Assembly (NCBI GenBank): GCA_965198225.1
Contig: CBDAOY010000005.1
Coordinates: forward strand, 64,001-128,000
From: Terriglobia bacterium
Lineage (GTDB): Bacteria > Acidobacteriota > Terriglobia > 20CM-2-55-15
Reading direction: 5' to 3'
DNA: 64,000 bases
A model generated the notes under the pieces. That model worked only from the letters and a program-made list of their open reading frames with translations. It searched no databases and was not told the origin of the DNA. Every line of letters starts with the position of its first letter. The stretch's first letter is position 1. The translations under genes and the position numbers were made by a program. Below are positions 19,367-30,463 of this stretch, piece after piece.

Positions 19367-21255
19367 GAGGCCCCGGCCACGACGGGAAGACGAATCGAAA
19401 AGGTGCTTCCCCTGCCGGGCTCGCTCTCGACGCGGATCGTTCCCTTGTGCGCCTGGACGATCTGACGGACCAGGCTCAACCCGAGACCGTTTCCGTGGAT
19501 CTGACCTTCCGTGGATTCTTTGCCGCGGTAGAACGGTTCGAAGATCTGATCCAGGTCCGCGGGCGTGATACCGATCCCTCGATCTTCGACCCGGAGCTCC
19601 ACCTCGGAACCGTCCTCTCCCTCCACGGCCGCGGCGGAAATCTTCGCCCATCGCTGCCCGCCGCAGTACTTCATCGCGTTGTTGAGCAGGTTCGCGATTG
19701 CGGAACGAACCGCGGTCGCATCCGCCAGCACGTCGGGCAACCCTTCGGGCACGTCCTTGTGGACGTCGAAGCCCTGCTCGACCATCAGGGGCCGGTAATC
19801 CGCGATGGCGTCGTCGATCAGGGTTTCCATTGAAAGCGGGTGGATCTCATAGCGTTTCTTTCCCGAGTGGACGCCCGCAAAATCCATCACCTGCTCGACC
19901 ATCCCCGAAAGCCGGCGCGCTTCGGCACGGATGAGGGCACCATACTTTCTGGCTTTGTCGGGATCGGAGATCAGGCCGTCCTCGAGGTTCTCTCCAGCCG
20001 AGCTGATGACGGCAACCGGTGTTCGGAGTTCGTGGGACACGTTGGCGACGAAGTCCACCTGTTGCTGGGCCAGCCGTTGGGCTCGTTGGGTCGATATCAC
20101 AATGATCATCATGCCCGCACCCAGCACCATCAGGATTCCGAAGCTGATCATCAGGTTCCGCTGGCGGATTTGATTGACGGCAACCTCGAGCGAGCCGGCC
20201 CGGTGTTGAGCGACCAGCTCCCACTCGGGCGCCGAGAAGTCGATGTGGCGCTCCCCGGCGAACTGTTCGACGAGAATCTCCTCGGCAGCGGAGTTCGTGA
20301 TTCTCACGTCCGACCCGCGACGCCCGACGACATGAGCCGTCGTTGCCCGGGAACGGTCCCCCGAGAAGGAATCCCCTTCGAAGGCCCACATGAATCGAAC
20401 CTCACGGCCGAGGTTGAAGATCGGAGAAGTCGCATCCGGCTCCGCCATTATCGCCGGCAGCGGTTCCGGATCGGACGCGTAGAACACGGTGTCGGGATCG
20501 TCCTTGCGGAGGACGGCAACTCGATACTCGGATTCTCCAGCGGCATTGAAGTGCCGTTCCATCAGCTCGGGCATCAATACATCCCGGACATAGTTCTGAT
20601 CGAGTCGGATCACGAACCAGGACGAGATTCCCAGCCCGCCGACGATTTCTGCGATGTGGACTTCGTGAAACTGTTCGCCTCCGTCGAAGCGGAACTGATT
20701 CCTTCGAGCCGCGACCTGCGGCAGCAGCAGGACCATCGGGTCGGTGATCAAGTGTTCCGACATCGGGGGCAGGGCCACTCGGACGCCCGGACCGACTCGA
20801 TACCCATCGTAGGTTCGCAGGTGCGGCCGGATCCGATCGAGCTCCGCGTCCCATTCCGCATCGATGAACGCTTCCGTGTCGGGGACGAAACGGCGAAGGT
20901 CGAAGTCGTCTTCGTTCGGGGAGACCAGGTAGAGTGCGTCGACCAGCCCGGGATGAGGGGCCGACTCCTCCCAATTCCGGTGCAGGCGGGCAACGACCTG
21001 GTCGACCTCGCTCGTCGATCGATCGAGGGGCGACGCGACCGCGGAGAACGCGAACCTCAGACGGGCCAGCTCGGTGTCGAATTCCTCCGTAAACCGGTTG
21101 GCACTGACGTGGAGGTTGGACTTCATGCGCTCGTGCTCGTTCTCGCTCAACTGCCCGAGCCAGTTGTACTGGAGGCCGGCCAGCAGCGGCAGAGAGATCA
21201 GCAACACGACGGTGAAGCCAAGCGTCAGCGGCCTTTTCCGGAGCAGATCCATCAT
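19363..21255 (-). CDS. Membrane sensor histidine kinase
   Basis: Two TMs; VSHELRTP, NLLNNAMKY, DRGIGI, GNGLGL. Confidence 0.95.
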   Translation of the reverse strand: MMDLLRKRPLTLGFTVVLLISLPLLAGLQYNWLGQLSENEHERMKSNLHVSANRFTEEFDTELARLRFAFSAVASPLDRSTSEVDQVVARLHRNWEESAPHPGLVDALYLVSPNEDDFDLRRFVPDTEAFIDAEWDAELDRIRPHLRTYDGYRVGPGVRVALPPMSEHLITDPMVLLLPQVAARRNQFRFDGGEQFHEVHIAEIVGGLGISSWFVIRLDQNYVRDVLMPELMERHFNAAGESEYRVAVLRKDDPDTVFYASDPEPLPAIMAEPDATSPIFNLGREVRFMWAFEGDSFSGDRSRATTAHVVGRRGSDVRITNSAAEEILVEQFAGERHIDFSAPEWELVAQHRAGSLEVAVNQIRQRNLMISFGILMVLGAGMMIIVISTQRAQRLAQQQVDFVANVSHELRTPVAVISSAGENLEDGLISDPDKARKYGALIRAEARRLSGMVEQVMDFAGVHSGKKRYEIHPLSMETLIDDAIADYRPLMVEQGFDVHKDVPEGLPDVLADATAVRSAIANLLNNAMKYCGGQRWAKISAAAVEGEDGSEVELRVEDRGIGITPADLDQIFEPFYRGKESTEGQIHGNGLGLSLVRQIVQAHKGTIRVESEPGRGSTFSIRLPVVAGAS

Positions 21256-21490
21256 GAAATTTTAGCATCCGACGTGATGGAGGTTTCGGCTGGTCGCAAA
21301 ACTTTACATCCTTAACATTGGGGACGTAGGTCGTTGTCCGTAGGCCGTAGGCCGTTGTTTGTGGGACGTAGGCCGTAGGCCGTTGAAGAGCGCGCAGGGA
21401 TATGCACCTAGCTCCGTGCCTCCGCGCCTCCGTGGTTAATCCTCTTTGGACGGAAGAGACACCGAAACGTGTTACCGACACAACCGACCG

Positions 21491-22003
21491 CTATTCCAAC
21501 GTTCTGCTGGATTCGATCTGGTCGTAGAGGAGGGACAGGTGGCGGGTCGGCAAGTCCAGCCGCAGGCGGTCCCCGTCCTGTAATTCGATCAGAAGGCTGG
21601 TTTCTCCCCTTCCCTCACGGAGGGTTTCGACGTTGACGATGTGCTGATAAGTGGCCTTGCGCATCGCCAGGCCCGTTCGTCCGGTGGACACGAAATACTC
21701 GGGATAGAGGCCGGCAAACTGACGCAGCAGCAGGACGAACCCGAACACGTAGACCAGGCCGACGATGAGGAACTGCATCCCGATCACGGCCGGGGCCGGG
21801 GCGGTTCCGTAGTACGCGTTCCGGATGAACACCGTCACGATTGCGGTCACGCACCCGATCAGAGTCAGGTTGCCCCCGATCGACCACTGCCGGTGGGACA
21901 GCGCCAGGGGATCGGGCAGATTCTGGAGGACGCGAAAGATCCAGGTCAGAGGGACCGTGGCCACCAGAGCGGCCACCGACAGAGCTGCGATCCATGGAGG
22001 CAT
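21491..22003 (-). CDS. Hypothetical membrane protein
   Basis: Three TM segments; directly downstream of the helicase gene. Confidence 0.65.
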   Translation of the reverse strand: MPPWIAALSVAALVATVPLTWIFRVLQNLPDPLALSHRQWSIGGNLTLIGCVTAIVTVFIRNAYYGTAPAPAVIGMQFLIVGLVYVFGFVLLLRQFAGLYPEYFVSTGRTGLAMRKATYQHIVNVETLREGRGETSLLIELQDGDRLRLDLPTRHLSLLYDQIESSRTLE

Positions 22004-22009
22004 CGGAGA

Positions 22010-25000
22010 CTATCCCGCCGCCGGACGTGGTTCGAATGCCCACTCCCGCCATCCCTGAAGCAGCGGGAAATACAGGCCCAGGCGAATCGGGCGAGAGTCG
22101 ATGTGCTGCATCACGTTCGCGTAGTTTTCCAGCTGAGGGCGGTAGCGCACCTGTTCGTTGTCCAGGAAGGCGTCCGCTCCTCCGCCCTCGTGTGTTCCGG
22201 TCTTGTAGTCGATGATCCACCGGACTCCGTCATCGACGAAGGTACGATCGAGAAGGAAGCGGCGGACGCGTCCGGCCACGACCCCGGACAGCGGATACTC
22301 CCGCCGGTCATCGAGGTGCTCGGACAGAATCCACAGGCCTTTTTCGTCGGAAAGGGTTCCCTCCAGCGCCAGCTCGACTCGACGGACAGCCTCGTCGAGC
22401 CTTTCGCCGTCCAACCCCTCCGCGACCAGGGCGGCGCGGATCGTAGCGCGGTTCCCATCCCCCGGGTTCCGGGCCGAGGTTCGCTGCAGCATCGCATGGA
22501 CGACGATGCCGACGCGACGTTGCAGCTCGCCGGCCCATTCGAACGCCGGATGCGTTGAAGCGGTGGCCGGCTCCGCGTCGGATGCGGAATCGGTAACGCG
22601 AGAAACCCAGTCGATGTCGGCGGGCCGCGGAGGTGCTTGCCAGCCGCGGCTCAGACGGCGCAACGGCACTCCCCTGGTTTCGACCGAGTCGAGAGCGGCG
22701 CCAGCGTTGGATGCGGGGCGTTCGGAGGCCAGCGTTCTTTCAAATTCCGGCTCTACGATATCCCAGATCTTCGCCAGCAGCGAACGGGCAGCCGGAACCC
22801 TGGCCCGACCCGCATCGCCGTCGATTCGAGTGTGACCGAGCAGGTGTAATCGCTTGCGGGCGCGTGTGGCCGCCACATAGAGGAGTCGGGTGTTTTCGTG
22901 GTCCCGCTTGATCATCTGGACTCGCCGCAGGTATCCATACAGGGGGTCGGGGGCCGCGCCAGTCTCTTTGATCGGCGCCAGCAGGAGCCGCGTCTTACCG
23001 TGGCCGTCGATGTATTCGAGCCACATCATCAGGCTCCGATCCTCATCGCGAGTGCAGCGTCCCAGACCGGGCAGGAGGACCGTGTCGAACTCCAACCCCT
23101 TGGCTTTGTGAATCGTGAGCAGTTGCAGGCCGCCCTGTTCGCCGACATTCGGGGCTTGGACGTCGGGGCGGGCAAACAGCCGGGTCACGTCATGAGCGAA
23201 CTTCTGTTCGTCCCGAAGATCGGCGCCAGTCACGGACTCTTCGAGTAAATCCAGGTACGCGGTCGCGTCTTCCAGATCGGTCCGATCCTCCACACAGGCC
23301 GGACCGCCCAACTCGATCCACGTGGCTTCGACCCATCGGCGGACATGCATGGTTCCGCCTCGGGCCAGGGCGTCCTTCAGCGTCTCGAGAACCCGCTCGA
23401 CCCGGGATTGGCCATCAGCAGACAAACCCGAGACACGCTCGTGATCGCAGATCAGATCCCAGATCGCGGAAGAAAGGTCGCCGCCGACCAGCGTGTCCAG
23501 ATCGGCGAGCGTCAGGCCACACCAGGGCGCGCGGAGTATCGCCAGCCAGGCAATGCGGTCGGCCGGGTGCAACAGCGCCCGGGTCAGGGCGAGGAGATCC
23601 TGGACGACCGGGCGTTCACCCAGTGCGTCGATTTCCACGGCCTGGAATTTTTCCCCGGCGCGGCGCAGAGCGGACACGATCGCAAAAAGATGGCTGCGCG
23701 AGCGAACCAGCACCGCGATCGTGCCATCCGGATCCGCCGACCGGGAACCCCGGATGATCTCGAGGACGCATTCAGCTTCGGGCTCGGAATCGCCGCTGAA
23801 GAACGGATGGACGGAGACGGCCCGCCCGGGGCCGCTAGCCTCAAACGGATAGGACGGCTCGTAGGTCACGGCGCCTGTAAAAGTGTCTTCGGCGTCTGGG
23901 AACGCCTCACCCAGACCGCGATTCACCCATTCCACGATTCCGGCATTCGAACGGAAGTTCACCGAAAGCTTCAGCGCCATAAGCCGGATGTTGCCGATGC
24001 CCTCCCTCCGGGCTCGCATGAAGAGCGCGACTTCGGCTTCACGGAAACCGTAGATCGACTGCATGGGATCGCCGACCAGAAACAGCGTCCGCCCGTCGCC
24101 CGGCTGCCACTCTTCGGTCAAACGGGCCAGCAACTCGTACTGACTCTGAGAGGTGTCCTGAAACTCGTCCAGGAGCAAATGCTGAAGTCGGTAATCGAGG
24201 CTGAACGCCAGATGGGTCGGGCTGCCCGATGCTCCCAGGGCGGTTTGCGCCGCGTGTGCGATCTCGGTGAAATCCACGACGCCTTCCTGTTCGAAAACCA
24301 CCTTCAAATACGCCGCCGCACGGGGAAGCAACTCCATCAATGCGTCAAGGATCTCGAACTGGTTCTCGTCGAGAGCGGTTCGTGGAAGAGGCCTCAAACC
24401 GTGCAACCTTGCGATGAGGACGTCGTCGAGCGGGATCCCCAGGGCGCGACGCCTCGCATCCCTCCCCTGCTTGCCGGCCGGAAAACCCTGGCGGATGTTC
24501 AGTTGCGTGCGGCGGGTGCCCGTTCTCTTCAAGAACATTTCCGCCAACCCCAGCCAGAGAGGGAGGCATTCGGCATCCTTGCCGGGTGGCGATTCGAGTT
24601 CCGCACATGCGGCCAACGGGCTGTGGATTCGAGCGTCATCGAGATTTCGCGCTGCGAACCGCGCCAGGGCGAGCGTTTCGGCAATGATATTCTCGGGAAA
24701 AAGCCCGACGATCTCCTCGAGCGCGTCGGTCACAATCCGCTCGAGCGCCGATTCCAATAGATAGCGAAAACCCTCCGAACCGGCGTTCCCGACGACGTGC
24801 CGCAGCCACTGGTCGCGGCGGGCGAGCATGGAGGCGAGGAGTTCCTCGACGATGGCGACGTCGTTGTCGAGATGTGTGAGGAGCCGGGCCAGCGCCTCCG
24901 CCTCCGGGTCCTCCGAATACAACTGCTCCAGCGCGGCTCGGGCGGCCCGGCGGTACAGATGTTCGACATTCTCCTCGGGTCGGGGCGGAGCGCCCATCCT

Positions 25001-25411
25001 CGAAACCCAGGGCATCTGCTTCACGATGCCGGCTGAGAGGGAATCGATCGTCTGGATGCGGAGCCGTGACGGATGCTCGACGAGTCGCCACCCCAAGTCT
25101 CGGTCTCTGGCCACGGCCCGACGGGCCAACTTCCACGTGTACCGCTCGTGCGCGGTTTGCGGTTCCGCACCCGAAGCCCTTTCGAGAGCCTCGATCACTC
25201 GATGCCGCATCTCGCCGGCGGCTTTCCGAGTAAAGGTGATGGCGACGATCGATTCGGGCTGCTCCACAACGGCAAGCAGGGCGAGGAAGCGCTGGATCAG
25301 CAGTTCGGTTTTTCCCGAACCGGCGGGGGCCTGGACGATGAACGACTGATCGACCCGCAGGGCCTGAACCCGCTCGGCCTGGTCCCGGACGCGTCCGTTC
25401 GGCTCAGGCAC
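22010..25411 (-). CDS. AddA/RecB-like UvrD helicase with C-terminal PD-(D/E)XK nuclease
   Basis: QAPAGSGKT, ITFTRKAA, LDEFQD, VGDPMQSIYGFR, TIHKAKGLEF, YVAATRA, IIDYKT. Probable GTG start at 25411. Confidence 0.93.
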   Translation of the reverse strand: MPEPNGRVRDQAERVQALRVDQSFIVQAPAGSGKTELLIQRFLALLAVVEQPESIVAITFTRKAAGEMRHRVIEALERASGAEPQTAHERYTWKLARRAVARDRDLGWRLVEHPSRLRIQTIDSLSAGIVKQMPWVSRMGAPPRPEENVEHLYRRAARAALEQLYSEDPEAEALARLLTHLDNDVAIVEELLASMLARRDQWLRHVVGNAGSEGFRYLLESALERIVTDALEEIVGLFPENIIAETLALARFAARNLDDARIHSPLAACAELESPPGKDAECLPLWLGLAEMFLKRTGTRRTQLNIRQGFPAGKQGRDARRRALGIPLDDVLIARLHGLRPLPRTALDENQFEILDALMELLPRAAAYLKVVFEQEGVVDFTEIAHAAQTALGASGSPTHLAFSLDYRLQHLLLDEFQDTSQSQYELLARLTEEWQPGDGRTLFLVGDPMQSIYGFREAEVALFMRARREGIGNIRLMALKLSVNFRSNAGIVEWVNRGLGEAFPDAEDTFTGAVTYEPSYPFEASGPGRAVSVHPFFSGDSEPEAECVLEIIRGSRSADPDGTIAVLVRSRSHLFAIVSALRRAGEKFQAVEIDALGERPVVQDLLALTRALLHPADRIAWLAILRAPWCGLTLADLDTLVGGDLSSAIWDLICDHERVSGLSADGQSRVERVLETLKDALARGGTMHVRRWVEATWIELGGPACVEDRTDLEDATAYLDLLEESVTGADLRDEQKFAHDVTRLFARPDVQAPNVGEQGGLQLLTIHKAKGLEFDTVLLPGLGRCTRDEDRSLMMWLEYIDGHGKTRLLLAPIKETGAAPDPLYGYLRRVQMIKRDHENTRLLYVAATRARKRLHLLGHTRIDGDAGRARVPAARSLLAKIWDIVEPEFERTLASERPASNAGAALDSVETRGVPLRRLSRGWQAPPRPADIDWVSRVTDSASDAEPATASTHPAFEWAGELQRRVGIVVHAMLQRTSARNPGDGNRATIRAALVAEGLDGERLDEAVRRVELALEGTLSDEKGLWILSEHLDDRREYPLSGVVAGRVRRFLLDRTFVDDGVRWIIDYKTGTHEGGGADAFLDNEQVRYRPQLENYANVMQHIDSRPIRLGLYFPLLQGWREWAFEPRPAAG

Positions 25412-28133
25412 CGGTGGGCTCCGAATCTTTGGGAAGTGCGGGACCTCCGGAACGCCCCGCATCGTTGATCCGACACAGAGGGGTCAAAGGGCAATGAAGG
25501 CAGGTCTTCCCGGGTTTCTTCGGGTCTACAGCAGACTTGCCGGCCCGGAACTCTTGCCCTAGTCGGTCGAGGACCGCACGCCACTGCTCGATCGCGATTT
25601 CAAGCGAGACATGCTTACCGTTTGGTCTCACACCCGGAACAATCCCCTCCGCTGCGGCCAGTCCGCGGAACCCCACCTTCCCGATCCGCAGGGTTCCGAA
25701 AAACACGCCACTCACCCCTGAATCTGCCGTGACCGCATAAAGCGGCAGTTGGGGTTCGTCCGGACGGTCGCCCTCCCATCGGGACGGGCCGCTCAGCCCG
25801 GTCTTGTAGTCGATGACTACGAGCGTACCGTCTTCCAGGACGTCGACACGGTCCGCGCGAATACCGATGTCGATACCACCGACCTTGACGCGCCGTTTCT
25901 CTTCCCGGCTGAGAACCCAAAAGGGCGGTCGGACCTTCTCCAGTTCCAACCACTCGGTAACGAGCCGGGACAGCCTCGACTGTTCGATCGCCGCGAAACG
26001 AGTGTGACGGAGCACTCGTCTCCTGAGCGACATCTCCTGGATCACGGCACCGGCCTCCTTCCGAACCAACGCCGCAAGCCTGTTTTCGTCGGTGGACATC
26101 AGCCCGGCGTGGGACCGCAACCGAGCCCAGACCCGCTCGAGCATCCCGTGGATTAGAAGGCCCCGATCCAGAGCACTCAGGCCGGGTCGTGCTACATCGT
26201 GGGCGTCGGCGCCCAGGCGCAGTTGGCCGAAGGCACGGAACGGGCATGCCGCCTGGTAGCGGAAGATCGCAGTACCACCCCGAGCTTCCGAACCGGTCCA
26301 GCGCGGAGCCTCGTGATCGTCGATGGTCTCCATGCGGGACGAGAGGCGCAGCTCCTCGGCGTAGTCGAAACCGGGAAAAACTCCAAGCTCGGCCGTGCTC
26401 GTCTCCGGCAGGTCCACAAACAGCGGGCTTGGCCTCAGATCCGAATCCGCCTCCCGGTCGGAACTGCTGACGACAACTTCCGGCGCCGCGGACAACATCC
26501 GACCGGTCAGGAGTTTCGCGAACTCCAGTTCCCGCTGTGGCGAGGACCGCGGCATGTTGAACCGTCGTTGGAGCCGAAGCGGGAGGAACGGATTCGGACC
26601 GCTCGAGGGCGGCCACACCCCATCGTGCATCCCCATGATCCAGAGCTGATCGAACCGCAGGCCGGTCGATTCAAAAACTCCGAGGATCTGCACTGGCGCC
26701 GGCTCGGATTCCGGCTGGAACTGCCGCGCAACCGCCATGCGCTGCAGCACCCCCACGGCGGTGCCCAGGGTCATCCTGCCGCTCACCTGGTCCATGCCCC
26801 CCAGTTCCAACAGCAATTCGTTCCAGACATCCGCCGTCTGGTACTCCGCGCTGCCGAGGCTCCGATCTCCAGGCCAGCCCATGGCCCTCAACAGAGCTGA
26901 CACCGACGAGACCCAGTCGCTAGGCCTCTGAATCGCTGGCAACCGGTTCCACTCGTCCTGCCATCGCGAAAGGAGCACGGCGAGTTTGGGACAGCCGAAC
27001 TGTTCCCTCCTCGCCCGCGCCATCGCGACGATTGCTCCCAGCCCCACTTCCGGCTCCCTCAGGGCGCGCAGCTGAGCGTCGAGGAGCCCCCGTCGAGTGT
27101 GTTCTTCACTCGCTCCACCGATGAACGGACTGCGCACCAGCCGTCCGGCGTCTTCGATCGGGATCGACTGAGGAGTTGTCCCGAGGATGCGCAGGGCGGT
27201 GTCGATCAGCGGATATTCCGCCAGCGCCATGCCCAGGGAGATGTTGAAGACCCGCTCCGAGTCGCGTTCGGGGGTCAACCGGCCGCCGGGATGAAACTGC
27301 TCGGCAAACACGTGTTCGATCCGGCTGCGGCAGGCTGACAGATCGGGAACGATGATCCCGATGCGGTGGCCGGACGCACCCGATGAACCGGCGGCATCCA
27401 GGCCCTGGCGTGCCCAGACGGCGGCGGCTCGCACTTCTTCGTCCTGATCGATCAGCCGAACTCGGACGGCTCTGGAGGGATCGGCGTTATCTTGTCGCAC
27501 TTCGACGTCGGTGCCCCTCCGACGGAGCGATTCGTTCAGCCGCTCGAGGGCCGGTGTCGTTTCGATGAAACCGGCGATCACGATCCTCTCCGGAGCCGCG
27601 ATGGCTCCGTCATCGATCCGGTCCGCGATGAAGCGGGCCAAACTGGCCCCCGACAGCCAGCCGTTCGCCTCGCACCGGCTGAGGAACGCGCCGGTCCACC
27701 GGCAAAACGCCTCGTTGTCGTCCGAGTCGTTCCACTCGGACGAGTCGAACGGAAGCTCCCAGGCACAGGCCAGACTCCATGCGTCCATCGCCGCCTGGGC
27801 GGTCTGGGCAACCCGGAACAGCGCGTCGCCTTCCGCAGAACTGCGGACGACGTCTTCCCAGACCGCCCTTTCCTGGGCAGGCCGGAGCAAGTGGAGTGGA
27901 CTGTTCGCCCGACCCGAGTACAACCAGTCGCGCCAGAGTCTGCCGAGCCACGAATTGACCGGAAGGATCTCTGGAGACGGCCACGTGAGGCGGCCGGCCG
28001 CAAGCTGCTCGTCGTCGTACTGCCGCCGGAGCTCGCGCGCGAGTCGGGTCGTCGCCGTGACGACCGGTGCGGGAAGGAGACCATGTGCGACTTCAGCCGA
28101 AGGCTCAGACTGTGGAACGAGCTGCCGAATCAT
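25404..28133 (-). CDS. AddB-like DNA repair protein with PD-(D/E)XK nuclease and Fe-S Cys cluster
   Basis: ACPFRAF, RADRVD, IDYKTG, PQLPLY, C-terminal CLHC...LCR. Confidence 0.9.
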   Translation of the reverse strand: MIRQLVPQSEPSAEVAHGLLPAPVVTATTRLARELRRQYDDEQLAAGRLTWPSPEILPVNSWLGRLWRDWLYSGRANSPLHLLRPAQERAVWEDVVRSSAEGDALFRVAQTAQAAMDAWSLACAWELPFDSSEWNDSDDNEAFCRWTGAFLSRCEANGWLSGASLARFIADRIDDGAIAAPERIVIAGFIETTPALERLNESLRRRGTDVEVRQDNADPSRAVRVRLIDQDEEVRAAAVWARQGLDAAGSSGASGHRIGIIVPDLSACRSRIEHVFAEQFHPGGRLTPERDSERVFNISLGMALAEYPLIDTALRILGTTPQSIPIEDAGRLVRSPFIGGASEEHTRRGLLDAQLRALREPEVGLGAIVAMARARREQFGCPKLAVLLSRWQDEWNRLPAIQRPSDWVSSVSALLRAMGWPGDRSLGSAEYQTADVWNELLLELGGMDQVSGRMTLGTAVGVLQRMAVARQFQPESEPAPVQILGVFESTGLRFDQLWIMGMHDGVWPPSSGPNPFLPLRLQRRFNMPRSSPQRELEFAKLLTGRMLSAAPEVVVSSSDREADSDLRPSPLFVDLPETSTAELGVFPGFDYAEELRLSSRMETIDDHEAPRWTGSEARGGTAIFRYQAACPFRAFGQLRLGADAHDVARPGLSALDRGLLIHGMLERVWARLRSHAGLMSTDENRLAALVRKEAGAVIQEMSLRRRVLRHTRFAAIEQSRLSRLVTEWLELEKVRPPFWVLSREEKRRVKVGGIDIGIRADRVDVLEDGTLVVIDYKTGLSGPSRWEGDRPDEPQLPLYAVTADSGVSGVFFGTLRIGKVGFRGLAAAEGIVPGVRPNGKHVSLEIAIEQWRAVLDRLGQEFRAGKSAVDPKKPGKTCLHCPLTPLCRINDAGRSGGPALPKDSEPTGA

Positions 28134-28385
28134 TCATGACCTCGGTGGGAAAACCCGCGCCGGAGAGCGAAGGTCCTTCGTCGGAGGTGGGCGTCCCCCA
28201 CTGCGGCTAACAGGATCCGATGACTTTATTCAATTTCCCATGCAGTGCGGACAGGTCGGGTCCGAGCGATCATGACGCGCAGAAGGTGAGAGGCAATCGG
28301 TCAGATCAACCCGTCCAACCCTTGCCTCCACGTTCCGCCCAGATGCATACTGGCAACCAGCCCTTTCGAAGTGTGGAGAAAGACA

Positions 28386-28583
28386 TTGGCAACTAAGGAA
28401 ACAGTGAAGGCGCTACTCGATCGTCTTCCTGATGACTGCAGCCTCGACGATGTTCTCTACCATCTCTATGTGTTGCAAGCGGTCGAGCGCGGGCAAGCCG
28501 ACTCCGAGTCCGGTCGGACCATTTCTCACGAGCAAGTGGCACGGGAGCTTCGTGAGAAGTGGCTGCTCGGCAAAGAAGGGTAG
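28386..28583 (+). CDS. Putative antitoxin of a RelE/ParE module
   Basis: LLDRLPDDCSLDDVLYHLYVLQAVERGQAD..GRTISHE; overlaps the toxin start. Confidence 0.78.
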   Translation: MATKETVKALLDRLPDDCSLDDVLYHLYVLQAVERGQADSESGRTISHEQVARELREKWLLGKEG

Positions 28584-28875
28584 TCTGGACTAGCTCCGCT
28601 CGATTATCCGTCGACGATACAATCCTCTACATCGCCCAAGAGTCTCCGATGGCAGCCCACGCTTTCTCGAAGGGGTACTCGAGGCAGCGGACTCGCTGGG
28701 AACATTGAGCGACCGTGGCCGGAGTGTGCCCGAACTGAACGACCTGTCGATTCGTGAGATTTTCGTGCGACAGTACCGACTGATTTACGCGGTCGGGGAA
28801 ACTCAGGTCACGCTCCTGGCCTTTGTCCACAGCGCCCGAGATTTTGCGAATTGGCGGAATCAAATTGAGGAATGA
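28559..28875 (+). pseudogene. RelE/ParE toxin with 1-nt frameshift
   Basis: MAARQRRVVWTSSAR..YIAQESPMAAHAF, shift near 28665, then LEGVLEAADSL..GRSVPEL..IREIFVRQYRLIY..FVHSARD; span 317 nt (3n-1). Confidence 0.85.
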
Positions 28876-28876
28876 C

Positions 28877-29020
28877 CCGACGCAATTCGGGACGAATATC
28901 TCATCCATGCTAGTCTCAAGGGACCGGCCGGAAAAGAAGCTGAAATAACAAGCGTTTGGATCGTTCTGAACCGGGAAGATGTCCCGCGCTTTGTGACGGC
29001 ATATCCTGGAGGGCAACGAT
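28877..29020 (+). pseudogene. C-terminal fragment of a DUF6883-like putative toxin
   Basis: FGT/YLIHASLKGPAGKEAEITSVWIVLNREDVPRFVTAYP immediately upstream of the DUF4926 gene; N-terminus absent. Confidence 0.65.
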
Positions 29021-29252
29021 GGAATTCAAAGTGCCCGACACAGTCATCCTGACCCACGATTTGTCTGAACACGGGCTTTGTCAGGGCGATCTTGGCACGG
29101 TCGTGCAGGTTTATGGTCGTGAAGCCGTCGAAGTGGAGTTCGTCACGGCAGGTGGCCGGACCCAGGCCCTGGTCACCCTCAAGACCGAGGACGTCCGACC
29201 CGTTAAGGACACCGATTTGATCGCGGTTCGTTCGACAGACCAGTCCCCGTGA
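29019..29252 (+). CDS. DUF4926 domain protein (putative antitoxin)
   Basis: DTVILTHDLSEHGLCQGDLGTVVQVY..VEVEFVTAGGRTQALVTL. Confidence 0.82.
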   Translation: MEFKVPDTVILTHDLSEHGLCQGDLGTVVQVYGREAVEVEFVTAGGRTQALVTLKTEDVRPVKDTDLIAVRSTDQSP

Positions 29253-29369
29253 GAGCACCCCGCTATATGTACCGGCGGTGTGTACGATCGCCGCCTCCTT
29301 AGCGCTTCTGTTCGGGTTTTCGCGACACACGAGCCGCGGTCAATGGGCCTGACTTTTGGGGACAGCTTC

Positions 29370-30374
29370 CTACGGGGCCAGAGAGGCGGTGTAGGCGCCG
29401 ATCGACACCAGGTCTTCCAAAGTCAACTCGGCCACGACGTCATGCATCAGTTCTGCCCACACCCCGTTTCGCGCGCCCGACTGGAAGTCGTAAAGCTGGC
29501 GGACGCTGTAACTGGGGGAACGGCCTGCAATCCCTGGCACGGGACCAAGACCCTGCAAATCCGGGCCATGGCAGATTCCGCACGGAGTCGTTCTGCCGCC
29601 GCCGCCGGTGGTGACCAATACCTCGCCTTTGCGGATGCTGCCGGGCGGCACGTAGACAACGAACCCGGAAGCCCCGTCACGAAGCCCGGTTCTGCCCAAA
29701 TCTTCAGGTAGCTCGACAATGCGTTGGCCGATCGGCTCCTCGGCGCCGTCCTCGGACGGGACAAACATGGCTCCAGAGACATAGGGCTTCGGCACGTTCG
29801 CCGATTCGATGACCCGGATCCATGGTTTGAATTCAAAACTGGAAAAGTATTCGGCCGCGGCCCTCACTTCAGCGTCGTTCGCGCTTTTTCCGATGGCGAG
29901 CATCGCATTCGGTGGCCCCATCCTGGGTTCCGAGCTGATTCGGAGGCCGTTCTTGTAATCGGCCATCTGCTGCACGATGTAAGCGGCAGGCAGGCCGGCC
30001 AGACTGGCATTTTCGGGACGACCCTGCCCGTTAGTCAGATGGCAGTAACCGCACGCACGCACCTCCGGACTTCTGCCATGGGCCACGATTTCGGGCATCG
30101 GGGGATGGCCGTCAGGATGCCAGTCGGGGGGGTTGAACAAATCCCTGGTTTCGCTCAGCGTGAAAGTCACGCTGCTGCCGGGAACGCGTCGCGGAGTGCC
30201 ATCGTCGGGCGGACGGGGAGCACGGGCCGCGTCCGGGTCCCGGACAGGATACGCCCAAGGTGGAGGGGAGGCCCCGGCGGCGGGTGCGCGATCACGCTGT
30301 GGCCGCGCCGCAAGGACTCCAAGCGCCACAGCGGACACGACCGTAAACGTCAGGATGCGAGGGAGATTCCTCAT
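29370..30374 (-). CDS. Diheme c-type cytochrome (c4/c553-like)
   Basis: Signal peptide; two CxxCH motifs (CGYCH, CGICH); YIVQQMADYKNG. Confidence 0.9.
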   Translation of the reverse strand: MRNLPRILTFTVVSAVALGVLAARPQRDRAPAAGASPPPWAYPVRDPDAARAPRPPDDGTPRRVPGSSVTFTLSETRDLFNPPDWHPDGHPPMPEIVAHGRSPEVRACGYCHLTNGQGRPENASLAGLPAAYIVQQMADYKNGLRISSEPRMGPPNAMLAIGKSANDAEVRAAAEYFSSFEFKPWIRVIESANVPKPYVSGAMFVPSEDGAEEPIGQRIVELPEDLGRTGLRDGASGFVVYVPPGSIRKGEVLVTTGGGGRTTPCGICHGPDLQGLGPVPGIAGRSPSYSVRQLYDFQSGARNGVWAELMHDVVAELTLEDLVSIGAYTASLAP

Positions 30375-30463
30375 GAATTCCTCCTTGATATCTTCGGTGG
30401 TTCAGACACGTCGGTTCTTGGGGACTCCTGTATACACTGAGGGAGTCTCACTGCGCAATGCGT

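Noticed and set aside
21321-21385. CGTAGGC heptamer repeats upstream of the kinase
   Set aside because: Short low-complexity intergenic repeat with no supportable function.
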